Below the pieces are notes generated by a model. That model did not search any database and had not been told where the DNA came from. It worked only from the letters and a program-made list of their open reading frames with translations. Both the position numbers and the translations under genes were made by a program. A DNA stretch of 42,945 nucleotides from a virus. Where the stretch lies: IMG/VR virus record IMGVR_UViG_3300028902_000027, one strand, 5' to 3'. Of the stretch, positions 23,767 to 31,896 are shown piece after piece (the first letter of the stretch is position 1; each line of letters starts with the position of its first letter).

Positions 23767-24663
23767 ATGCAACCCCGCCCCTTCCTTTGGGTAGCCTTCC
23801 CTACCATGCTTGGAGGCTATGCCAAGATCGTTGATATGGCCCATGCGCTGGGCTTTGCAGGCATTGCGCCGCGAGCTGGTCAAGGCAATCGAGACGGCTC
23901 GTTTTCGTCTAGCCTTGACATGAAAGACGTTCGGCGGATCATCGATTCCGGCCTTGAATGCCTACCATGGGAGTTTAGTCGACCGGAGGCTATCAAGTCG
24001 GAGGTTGCGAACGCTATCGAGTGCCAAGACAACGGAGCGACGGCGTATATCATTGACGCCGAACTCCCTTGGGATCAAGCGAGCAACGCAAAGGATCGTG
24101 CAAAGGAAATGGGGGACCTTCTTCTCCCTCACATGTCGATCCCTGTGTATGATGCTCCCTGGCCTTGGATTGACTGGCATCCTGGATACCCGGAAAAGGA
24201 ATTCCGTTGGGTCGACGGTAGGCTTATTCAGGCTTACTGGACAGAGATTGGCGTCTCTGCCCGTCTGTGTCTTGATCGAGCGAAAGAGCAATGGGCCAAG
24301 AGGGATTCCCGTGTGTATCCGATCGGGGTCACGTACGGTAAGAAAGAAATCCAGAAATGGGGTGCGAGCCAATTGCCTCCGGGCGAGATCTCCGTTGACA
24401 CCGTCAAGGCAGTGGCGGCCGAGATTACCGGAGGTTGGTATTCCATGGAAGCGGCCGGGCCCGGCGTTCTGGACGCCCTAGGTTCCATTCTAAAGGCCGA
24501 TCGTCCTACCCCTGTCCCTGTCACCCCTACCCCTTCGGACGAGCCGCCGGATACGCTTCCGGAGGCCTGTTCAGCCGAGGTAGCGGAGTGGAGGTGTATC
24601 CGGGAGGAAGCCTTGGAAGCTCTGTCTATCTTCTCGGATTCCATCGGAGGGTTGTTCGGATGA
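23767..24663 (+). CDS. Possible TIM-barrel glycoside-hydrolase-like protein (candidate muralytic enzyme)
   Basis: Alternating beta/alpha-like pattern. GFAGIAPRAGQG and ATAYIIDAELPW resemble GH25/DUF1906-type lysin motifs (weak, from memory). Pro/Thr linker and short C-terminal tail. A holin-like gene follows. Confidence 0.3.
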   Translation: MQPRPFLWVAFPTMLGGYAKIVDMAHALGFAGIAPRAGQGNRDGSFSSSLDMKDVRRIIDSGLECLPWEFSRPEAIKSEVANAIECQDNGATAYIIDAELPWDQASNAKDRAKEMGDLLLPHMSIPVYDAPWPWIDWHPGYPEKEFRWVDGRLIQAYWTEIGVSARLCLDRAKEQWAKRDSRVYPIGVTYGKKEIQKWGASQLPPGEISVDTVKAVAAEITGGWYSMEAAGPGVLDALGSILKADRPTPVPVTPTPSDEPPDTLPEACSAEVAEWRCIREEALEALSIFSDSIGGLFG

Positions 24664-24953
24664 CACACATTCAAATGGGCGCCGTCCTTGGAAGCTTGAC
24701 AGGCATGGTGGGTGCCGCCGTTAGTGCGGCGGACGGTCTAGTTACCCTTCCCATGGGAGTGCTTATCGGGATAGCCTCTGCTCTAGTTGGAGGTGTCTGG
24801 TTTGCGGCGGATAAGTTGGGCAAGATCTCCACTGATATTGCCGTACTAGTCTCTCAGAACGGAGCGGATCATACCCGCTACGATCATGCTCTAGAGATTC
24901 TAGGCAATAAGGTTACCGAGCATGGAGAGAAGCTAGCCAAGCTCGACGATTGA
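24660..24953 (+). CDS. Holin-like membrane protein (two TM helices plus coiled-coil tail)
   Basis: ATGA overlap with the upstream stop. MTHIQMGAVLGSLTGMVGAAVSAADGLVTLPMGVLIGIASALVGGVWFAA, then a charged C-terminus. Confidence 0.5.
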   Translation: MTHIQMGAVLGSLTGMVGAAVSAADGLVTLPMGVLIGIASALVGGVWFAADKLGKISTDIAVLVSQNGADHTRYDHALEILGNKVTEHGEKLAKLDD

Positions 24954-24961
24954 CTATCCTA
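24954..24961 (+). promoter_or_regulatory. CTATCCTA box, 18 nt before the ATG at 24979 (GAGAGGA Shine-Dalgarno in between)
   Basis: ttgaCTATCCTAtttGAGAGGAaacaagcATG. Confidence 0.4.
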
Positions 24962-24978
24962 TTTGAGAGGAAACAAGC

Positions 24979-25311
24979 ATGCCTATCGAAAAGCGCCGGT
25001 CTACGGCTAACAAGGGTCAAGCGTCCGCTGCTACCACTGGAGCAAACCAGACGACTGGAATCAAGCTAGCGAGCACCCCGGCCGGTTTCGGTAAGAAATG
25101 GGTTACTGTGATCTTGAACGGAATGGATCTCCAAATCGGGGATGCTGTCAAGACCAAAGACTTCTATTTCTCGCGCGATGGCGGAACCACTGCACTAGGC
25201 CTGAACGCTCTAAAGAAGGGCGACACCCTTTACTGGACTAAGGCCCGAGAGGCTTACAACCTCTCTACCTCTGACCTCATCTCGATTGATTACGAAACCA
25301 CGGGGGTTTGA
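24979..25311 (+). CDS. Hypothetical virion protein (110 aa)
   Basis: ATG with a good SD. No motif recognised. Confidence 0.55.
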   Translation: MPIEKRRSTANKGQASAATTGANQTTGIKLASTPAGFGKKWVTVILNGMDLQIGDAVKTKDFYFSRDGGTTALGLNALKKGDTLYWTKAREAYNLSTSDLISIDYETTGV

Positions 25312-25314
25312 ACG

Positions 25315-25938
25315 ATGCTACCTTTCAAGTCGCTTTCTCAGACTCCTACGGCCCGTTGCGTTCGTACCACGAACGTCACTAGCCTTGCAGCGTTCGCTGT
25401 GGCCACGGGAACGGACGGTGTTACCCTTGTGGAAGGGGATACTGTTCTCTTGGTTGCACAGACTACCGGAGCGGAGAACGGCCCTTACGTGGTGGGTGCC
25501 GTCGCAGGCGGTAACGCTCCGCTTACCCGTCCGGATTGGTTCTCGACTGGAGACACCTTCCGACCCGGGATCAAGTCTTCCATCTATGTCACGGATGGAA
25601 CCATCTTCCAAGGAACTTGGTGGGATTCGAAGAAGACGGCCGCGGGTGTGGTCGGTACGGACGATCCTCTGTACTACGTCCGTCGCGTTACGGTTGCTGC
25701 TACCCTAGTGGCGGGTACTGTTACGATCGCGACGATCCCTCTGTTCAGTGCAACTAAGAGCAGCGTCCAACTGCAATTGGTAACGCCGAATACGACCACC
25801 TCGACAGTGACCTATTCGACGCCAACCCTTACCATCGGGAAGATTGGTACGGCTTCGATTGTCGCTCGCGCGAACGTCGCCGCCGGTACGATCAATGCGG
25901 CGGACGTTAGCACCCTTGCTGTGACTGTTCAGAACTGA
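25315..25938 (+). CDS. Tail-fibre-related protein
   Basis: VRTTNVTSLAAFAVATGTDGVTLVEGDTVLLVAQTTGAENGPYVV resembles the common fibre/spike N-terminal motif (A.T.NI.L.G...IDGV.L..GDRVLVK.Q....NGIY). Confidence 0.5.
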   Translation: MLPFKSLSQTPTARCVRTTNVTSLAAFAVATGTDGVTLVEGDTVLLVAQTTGAENGPYVVGAVAGGNAPLTRPDWFSTGDTFRPGIKSSIYVTDGTIFQGTWWDSKKTAAGVVGTDDPLYYVRRVTVAATLVAGTVTIATIPLFSATKSSVQLQLVTPNTTTSTVTYSTPTLTIGKIGTASIVARANVAAGTINAADVSTLAVTVQN

Positions 25939-25944
25939 GATCCC

Positions 25945-26226
25945 ATGTCGGTAACCAACCAAGCTCCGGGAGCCGAGCAGAGCAAAGCCCTAAGCGTTGT
26001 AGCAGCACAACTGCACGCGAACCTTGCTTGCGTCAAGGGTTGCTTCGTTGGCAATCCTTACGACAGTGGAATCATCGTTGCGGTTGGACGAACCTCGGGT
26101 GTGACGATGGCTAAGGGAGTTCAGTTGGCGCCAGGGGAAAGGCAATTTTTCCCTGTGTCAAACGTGAATAAGTTGTATGGGATTGCCGCAAGCGGAACCC
26201 CTACCGTTTCGATCGTTCCCGTCTGA
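25945..26226 (+). CDS. Hypothetical protein (93 aa)
   Basis: ATG ORF between two fibre-like genes. Confidence 0.5.
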   Translation: MSVTNQAPGAEQSKALSVVAAQLHANLACVKGCFVGNPYDSGIIVAVGRTSGVTMAKGVQLAPGERQFFPVSNVNKLYGIAASGTPTVSIVPV

Positions 26227-26235
26227 AAGGGATTC

Positions 26236-28155
26236 ATGTCGCGCCGTCTAGCAGCCGAAGTGCTAGCTATCTTGACCGATAGCGCCAAGCCTAAGGGAGT
26301 AGATTATTCGCTACTCCCTGTTGGGCCTTTGCCCGGCCGGACCCTTCCGGGAGGGCGTACGTATACGCAAGCGGTTGGCGCTAACCAGACCGAAGAGACA
26401 GTGCAGACCAGTGCGTCGACCGTCGCGCGTTGGAACTTCATCGCTGACAGGCCTCGCATTGGTTTGCTTGCAGACGGCGGAACGGGCTTGGTGCTAGAGC
26501 CGCCGCGGACGAATCGCGCCGTTCGTTCCGATGCGATCGACAATGGATCTTGGTTCGTTGAATCGGGAGCAGTTTCGCGCGGAGCCAATGTTACTGCGTC
26601 ACCTACAGGAACCGTCGACGCAGAGTCCGTGTCTTGGACATCCGGCGCATTGCGCTACATTGGACAGACAATCTCTTTCGCACTAGAAACCTCAACCATT
26701 TCGATTTGGGCTAAGGTTTCAAGCGGTAAGATTCGTTTGCGCCTACCTTCCCAGGTGGGTGTGTCGAACGTAGACAGCGAGGACTTGACTCCAACATCTT
26801 CGTGGGCTGCGTTCGCACATACAGTCACTAACGTTACTACGGCCGGACCTTCTAGCGCAATTGTGGAAAGCGACGTGGCTAATGGTGCCATGTCCGGACA
26901 TATGTGGGGGGCGCAAGTTGAGGCCGGTAAGTATCGCACGAATTGGCTTCCCACTGTAGCGGGAAACGTATCCCGTGCAGGCTTTCGTTTGCAAGTCTCC
27001 ATTCACAATCTAGTGCGTGGAGGAACCTTCCGAGCTACCATCTCCCATGTCCCTTGGGCGGATTGTACTGCCTACGATGGGGATACTGCAACCGTTCGTC
27101 TATGGACGATTGACGCGAATACGTATGCAGAGATCAATACCTCCACTCGGGTATTGATAGTGTGCGTGAATGGTGTGTCAAGGGTTGCGGCAGTTCCCAT
27201 TTGGTGGCTAAAGGGTCATCGTATCGAATGGTATTGGAGCGTAGGCAATGGCGCTCTGTATGTTCGATATAAACTCTCTACGGATAAGGGTGTAAGCTAC
27301 ACTCTACCCTTTGATCCGTTCGCGGGAGTGGTGAATACGGACGCTGCTATCAGCACTTCCGCAACCCAGGTTGACCTTTACTCCGATGGTTCGGGTAAAT
27401 GGTTCGGCAACGGAGCTTGCAGAGAAGATCTGGTTTACTCCGCTCCCGCTTGGGCGCTTCAAGCGTTGCCTACGGATGTTGCTTCGGTTCAAGCATTCTT
27501 CCGAGCGGACCATTCGGTTACGTTGTCCGGAAGTTCCGTTACGGGTTGGGGCAGCAATGGCGCTGTAGCTATTACCGCGTTCAGTCAAGGTGTAGGCGCA
27601 AACCAACCTACTTTCGCAGCATCCGGTCTAGGTACTGCAAGACCTAGTTTTACGTATGACGGAGCCAATGACTACTTGGAGGCTGGCCCGTTGTCGGAGT
27701 GGATCACTTCGCGCGGCGCGGTCTATGTACTGTTCAAGGCTAACTCTGTCAGCACGAACAATACCCCGAACTACAATAATCACCCTCTATGGGAAAACAT
27801 CGGAGCCTATGCCGGAATAGGTCTAAGAACCGGACCCATTGCAGGTGGATTCAATTACGACGGCACGTATGACGATGCATCCGTTTCGTTCGCGCTTTCA
27901 ACATCTCAAGTAGTCCGATGGCGCCACGACGTTAGCAACCTGTATGTGAGGGTTGGTACCTCGGGTGAAAGCGCACCAACCGCAAGCGGGGCAACCTCTT
28001 TGCTGACAGGCAACAACCGTATTGGAGGCAATCCTGGAGCGGTTGGAGTCTACTTCAATGGGCACATTGCGGCAGTGGTAGCGATGAATACGCAACCCAC
28101 CACTAACGAAGATGTCGCGATTATGTCTTTCCTGAACGCCTATGGTGGGCTGTAA
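26236..28155 (+). CDS. Tail fibre / receptor-binding protein with lectin-like (ConA/LamG-type) domains
   Basis: LEPPRTNRAVRSDAIDNGSWFVESGAVSRGANVTASPTGTVDAESV matches the widespread fibre motif (E..RTN....S......W.......V......APDGT..A). C-terminal FTYDGANDYLEAG resembles the LamG motif. Confidence 0.65.
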   Translation: MSRRLAAEVLAILTDSAKPKGVDYSLLPVGPLPGRTLPGGRTYTQAVGANQTEETVQTSASTVARWNFIADRPRIGLLADGGTGLVLEPPRTNRAVRSDAIDNGSWFVESGAVSRGANVTASPTGTVDAESVSWTSGALRYIGQTISFALETSTISIWAKVSSGKIRLRLPSQVGVSNVDSEDLTPTSSWAAFAHTVTNVTTAGPSSAIVESDVANGAMSGHMWGAQVEAGKYRTNWLPTVAGNVSRAGFRLQVSIHNLVRGGTFRATISHVPWADCTAYDGDTATVRLWTIDANTYAEINTSTRVLIVCVNGVSRVAAVPIWWLKGHRIEWYWSVGNGALYVRYKLSTDKGVSYTLPFDPFAGVVNTDAAISTSATQVDLYSDGSGKWFGNGACREDLVYSAPAWALQALPTDVASVQAFFRADHSVTLSGSSVTGWGSNGAVAITAFSQGVGANQPTFAASGLGTARPSFTYDGANDYLEAGPLSEWITSRGAVYVLFKANSVSTNNTPNYNNHPLWENIGAYAGIGLRTGPIAGGFNYDGTYDDASVSFALSTSQVVRWRHDVSNLYVRVGTSGESAPTASGATSLLTGNNRIGGNPGAVGVYFNGHIAAVVAMNTQPTTNEDVAIMSFLNAYGGL

Positions 28156-28550
28156 TGTTCGTAACCAACCTAACCCTTGCAGACGCTAAGCAACTCTGCA
28201 ACCGCTTGGACAAGTGCCTAGGAATCCCTCCGGAGGGCTTGGAAGGCATTGGAGGGCCCGGGCGCACCATGAGGTGGGCAGAGCCTATTCCGCTCGCCGA
28301 TGGTACATACGCTGTTCCTGTACCTAAGAAGGGTAGGCTAAAGGATCTGCTAGATGCCTTGCGCGATCGGAAGTCTGAGTCCGCGCTAACGGACGATCGA
28401 ACGGACAGCCTATCCGGTCAAGTCACTCCGAAGGTAATCTCAAAGGCGAATCTCAAAGAGGTTATCGATCTGGTCGCAACGGCCAGAAAGCTCGATCCCT
28501 CTGAACTGAAAACAGATACCACAAAGGATTTGCAAGATGTCAAAGCTTGA
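28155..28550 (+). CDS. Hypothetical protein (possible fibre assembly factor, by position only)
   Basis: TAATG overlap with the fibre gene. No motif recognised. Confidence 0.45.
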   Translation: MFVTNLTLADAKQLCNRLDKCLGIPPEGLEGIGGPGRTMRWAEPIPLADGTYAVPVPKKGRLKDLLDALRDRKSESALTDDRTDSLSGQVTPKVISKANLKEVIDLVATARKLDPSELKTDTTKDLQDVKA

Positions 28551-28809
28551 CTATATTTTCGCTTGGTTCAACTTGCATCCGTTCGCCGCCGCAATCGCTG
28601 GGTTGATCCTTACCGCGGCCGTCAATTGGCTTGTGGCCTATCTCACCTCCGAACGGTGGACCAAGCTAGTGGCGAGCAACCCTCGCCTTGCGGCCTTCCT
28701 ACTGCTCTTGAAGCATGCCGGATTCAATCCGGTTGGTGTGCTGCAAGCTCTCCAGAACATCGTTACCGGCAAGCTTGGCTTGACCTCTAAGAAGGATGAC
28801 ACCAAATGA
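28537..28809 (+). CDS. Holin-like membrane protein (90 aa)
   Basis: Hydrophobic segments HPFAAAIAGLILTAAVNWLVAYL and LAAFLLLLKHAGFNPVGVL, with a charged C-terminus (SKKDDTK). Confidence 0.5.
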   Translation: MSKLDYIFAWFNLHPFAAAIAGLILTAAVNWLVAYLTSERWTKLVASNPRLAAFLLLLKHAGFNPVGVLQALQNIVTGKLGLTSKKDDTK

Positions 28810-29063
28810 AGCACCTACTTCTAACCCTTGCGATCCTCACCTCCGGTTGTGCGTGGTTCTCGCGCGCTAACCATGCAAAGGATCTGGCTTCCATCCTTTC
28901 GTGTATCTCCGGAGAAGCGGCGGCCGGAAAGAGTCCGGGCGAGATTGCTCTCACTTGTGGTCTTGAGAATGCAGACGAGGTCATTGACCTTATCACGAAG
29001 TCTCAAGGCGTTTCTAGCGCGGCCCCGAAGATGGGACCCGCCGCACCTAAGGCGAGCAAGTGA
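28806..29063 (+). CDS. Lipoprotein (lipobox LTSGC), o-spanin-like by position
   Basis: MKHLLLTLAILTSGC signal/lipobox. ATGA overlap with the upstream gene. Pro/Ala/Lys-rich C-terminus. Confidence 0.6.
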   Translation: MKHLLLTLAILTSGCAWFSRANHAKDLASILSCISGEAAAGKSPGEIALTCGLENADEVIDLITKSQGVSSAAPKMGPAAPKASK

Positions 29064-29341
29064 TCTCGCTTCTCCGGGGCTTGCAGGTAGGCCTATTGGG
29101 CGGAATCCTGGCGATCGGTTGTCGCTCCGACCATCCGAAGCCAATCCCCGTAGGTGACGCATGCGAGCGCGCGCAAGCGCACCTAGTGGAAATGGGTTGT
29201 TCCTGGCAAGTCAATGCCTCCGGCGGAACGTGGGCAAGCTCTTGCACATACCTTGCGGGCAAGGGGTATCCGAGGATCCTTGTCGTGGCGGAATGCGTCT
29301 CCGTTTCCTCCACCTGTGAAGGGGCCAAGACATGTCACTAA
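29060..29341 (+). CDS. Cys-rich lipoprotein (lipobox LAIGC)
   Basis: GTG start in a GTGA overlap. MISLLRGLQVGLLGGILAIGC, then six further Cys residues. Confidence 0.55.
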   Translation: MISLLRGLQVGLLGGILAIGCRSDHPKPIPVGDACERAQAHLVEMGCSWQVNASGGTWASSCTYLAGKGYPRILVVAECVSVSSTCEGAKTCH

Positions 29342-30087
29342 TGCACCGCCTAGATGCATGCTGCCTAGTGAAGTCCCCTCCCGGTCAATGGGACTCGCCT
29401 TGGATGCCACGCCGCGCGCCAAGCGCAAGGCCTACCGTCGATCGCTTCTGTCTTGACCCTACCGCCTTGATTCGTGTGCAAGTCGGAGGGACTTGCGCCG
29501 GTAACGCGATTGCGCAAGCGATTACTACGGGAATTGTCCTACTGGGCGGCGACCGTATCGAGGTGAGCGGGACAGGGGTTTGGGCGCAAGGGCAGCTATG
29601 GGGTGCCATTGAAGGTGCGGACGTTGATCCCAATGCAGGTACGTGGGTCGCCAAAGCCTTGGAAGCTTGCCGCGTATGGGGTTGGCCTACGCGCAATGAC
29701 CATCCGGAAGAAGATCTCAGGGCGCTTGACGCGAGCGCGCTAGGGGAGATTGTTGCTCGCGCGGTTGGCCGTTACACATTCGAGCACAAATCCGTCTCGG
29801 AAAGTGACTGCAAGGATGCGATTTCGGAAGGCTGGACGATCGTCACCTCCGGTACGGTTGACGAAGCCTTTGCGAATGCCAAACCAGGGGGATGGCTGGA
29901 CACCTGCATTAGTGGAGGTGGCCACTCGCTTCTCGTCGACGGATGGGATCCGGCCGGTTATCTAGTCCGTGATACATGGGGTCGCGGCGTAGGCGAAATC
30001 GAATTGGAGCGCAAGCGTTTGCATGGCTCCGTCAATTGGATGCGTTCCCGTTGGGAGTTGCGCGCCACTCGCGTCGTGTTCCGATAA
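29332..30087 (+). CDS. Papain-like (C1-type) cysteine peptidase, candidate endolysin
   Basis: QVGGTCAGNAIAQA (Gln/Cys), GGGHSLLVDGWD (His) and VRDTWGRGVGE (Asn-position Asp, SWG-like). These occur in the order expected for the C1 fold. Confidence 0.55.
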   Translation: MSLMHRLDACCLVKSPPGQWDSPWMPRRAPSARPTVDRFCLDPTALIRVQVGGTCAGNAIAQAITTGIVLLGGDRIEVSGTGVWAQGQLWGAIEGADVDPNAGTWVAKALEACRVWGWPTRNDHPEEDLRALDASALGEIVARAVGRYTFEHKSVSESDCKDAISEGWTIVTSGTVDEAFANAKPGGWLDTCISGGGHSLLVDGWDPAGYLVRDTWGRGVGEIELERKRLHGSVNWMRSRWELRATRVVFR

Positions 30088-30089
30088 CA

Positions 30090-30097
30090 CTATCCTA
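30090..30097 (+). promoter_or_regulatory. CTATCCTA box, 14 nt before the ATG at 30111 (AGAGGA Shine-Dalgarno in between)
   Basis: aacaCTATCCTAatacAGAGGAtccATG. Confidence 0.4.
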
Positions 30098-30110
30098 ATA
30101 CAGAGGATCC

Positions 30111-31445
30111 ATGAGCCTAGATAGCACCATCTCGATTTCTATCACGCGCGCTACCAAGACTTCTAGCCGTAAGGGGTTCAATAACCCGCTGCTAGGTGTC
30201 AGTAAGGTTCCCGCGGGTTGGGGTACCGCGAAGGTCCGCACCTTTGGCTCGCTAAAGGAACTCACGGATCTAGGGTTCCTTACCACGGATGAATGCTATA
30301 AGATGGCTTCGGCCCTCTTGGCGCAATCGCCGTCCGTCAAGACTTTCTTGGTTGGGAAGCGTTCGCTACCTCCGACGAAGTCTATCAAGCTCACTGTCAC
30401 GAACGCTACCGAGGGGTACAAATACAGTTTTTACGTCAACGGGACGTTGATTGAATACACTGTTCCGGCGGCACAGACGACCACGCAAGTGGCCACTGCA
30501 CTGGAGTTGTTGATCGAAGCAGTGACGGATATCACTTCGTCATCGTCGGTCAACGTTATCACCATGGGTGCTCCAGCCGGAATCATCTTTGACGTGTCCG
30601 GTTGGCGTGGCAACTCGCAAGTGCCCGGAGGGGACTCCGGTATGTTGCTAGAAGACGCCACGACGGATCCGGGAGTGGCAACCGATCTTACCGCTTGGCG
30701 CGCCGCTTCCACGAATTGGTATGGTGTCGTGTTCGATTCCATCGGTAAGTTGGAGCAGATTGCAGCCGCTACTTGGGCGCAAAGCAATGGCGTACTGCTC
30801 TGTATTGACGCCGCGGATTCCGAGATCCTCGATTCGGGTGACACGAACGATGCTGCTAGCACCTCCAAGGCTGCGACCATCGATCGCGCGGCATACTTCG
30901 TCGGAACGGAATCCCTACTACACCGTACCGCGGTTGCCATGCTAGGGAACCGTCTTCCGCGTCAACCCGGTTCGGATACGTGGAAGTGGAAGAGTCTAGC
31001 CACCATTTCCCCGTCGAATCTTACCGAGGGAGAGAAGACAGCAATCAAGGCTAAGAATGCCAACACTTACTCGGTTATGGGCGGACCGTCCATGATCGAA
31101 GATGGCAAGGTAGCGTCTGGAGAGTATGCGGACGTTATCCGGTTCGTCGATTGGCTCCAAGCGGAAATGCAATCCGACATCTTGGACACGCTTGCGAATG
31201 CGGAGAAGATTCCGTTTACGGACGCCGGCGTTGACGTTGTCAAGGGTTGCGTGCAAGGAACTCTTGGTCGCGGTGTCAAGGTCGGAGGCCTAGACAAGTC
31301 TCCAGAGCCAAGCGTGGAAGCGCCGCTAGTTGCGGACATCTCTTCCGGCAATCGAGGGAATCGAATCCTACCGGATATCGCGTTCCTTGGGCGCCTTGCA
31401 GGGGCAATCCACTATGTCAACGTCGCGGGTGTTCTGTCCGTCTGA
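30111..31445 (+). CDS. Tail sheath protein (DUF3383-like)
   Basis: 444 aa, with N-terminal ISISITRATKTSSRKGFNNPLLG. It lies directly upstream of the tube, chaperone and tape-measure genes. Confidence 0.7.
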   Translation: MSLDSTISISITRATKTSSRKGFNNPLLGVSKVPAGWGTAKVRTFGSLKELTDLGFLTTDECYKMASALLAQSPSVKTFLVGKRSLPPTKSIKLTVTNATEGYKYSFYVNGTLIEYTVPAAQTTTQVATALELLIEAVTDITSSSSVNVITMGAPAGIIFDVSGWRGNSQVPGGDSGMLLEDATTDPGVATDLTAWRAASTNWYGVVFDSIGKLEQIAAATWAQSNGVLLCIDAADSEILDSGDTNDAASTSKAATIDRAAYFVGTESLLHRTAVAMLGNRLPRQPGSDTWKWKSLATISPSNLTEGEKTAIKAKNANTYSVMGGPSMIEDGKVASGEYADVIRFVDWLQAEMQSDILDTLANAEKIPFTDAGVDVVKGCVQGTLGRGVKVGGLDKSPEPSVEAPLVADISSGNRGNRILPDIAFLGRLAGAIHYVNVAGVLSV

Positions 31446-31458
31446 GAGGGAATGACCA

Positions 31459-31884
31459 ATGCCTAAGATTTACGATGCGGACCAAGTCACTCTCTCCACG
31501 TTCGGATTCCTTGTCGATTCCGGCCTAGCTGATGGAGAGTTCCTAGCAATGGAGCGCGCCATGGGTCATCGGACTTCCAAGTCGGGAACCGACGGGGAAG
31601 TTGTCACTTCCAAGACCAATAACAAGTTGGTCAAGATCAAGGTAAAGCTCATGAAAACCTCGGATGGCAATACCAAGCTATCCGCGGTCTATCAAGCGGA
31701 TCGCGCCGCTCCGAATGGTGTAGGGGTGGGCCCTCTCATGATTCGTGACCGGAGCGGTACTGAGATCTATGCAGGAACTTGCTGGATCGAGGATCCTCCC
31801 AATGCAACCTTCGATCGCGAAGCCACGGAACGGGAGTGGACGCTAGGCGCTGAACTCACTGTCGATTTCCCGGGCGGCTCGTGA
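31459..31884 (+). CDS. Tail tube protein (DUF3277-like)
   Basis: 141 aa, between the sheath and the chaperone genes. Confidence 0.65.
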   Translation: MPKIYDADQVTLSTFGFLVDSGLADGEFLAMERAMGHRTSKSGTDGEVVTSKTNNKLVKIKVKLMKTSDGNTKLSAVYQADRAAPNGVGVGPLMIRDRSGTEIYAGTCWIEDPPNATFDREATEREWTLGAELTVDFPGGS

Positions 31885-31896
31885 TAGGTTAGGGGA

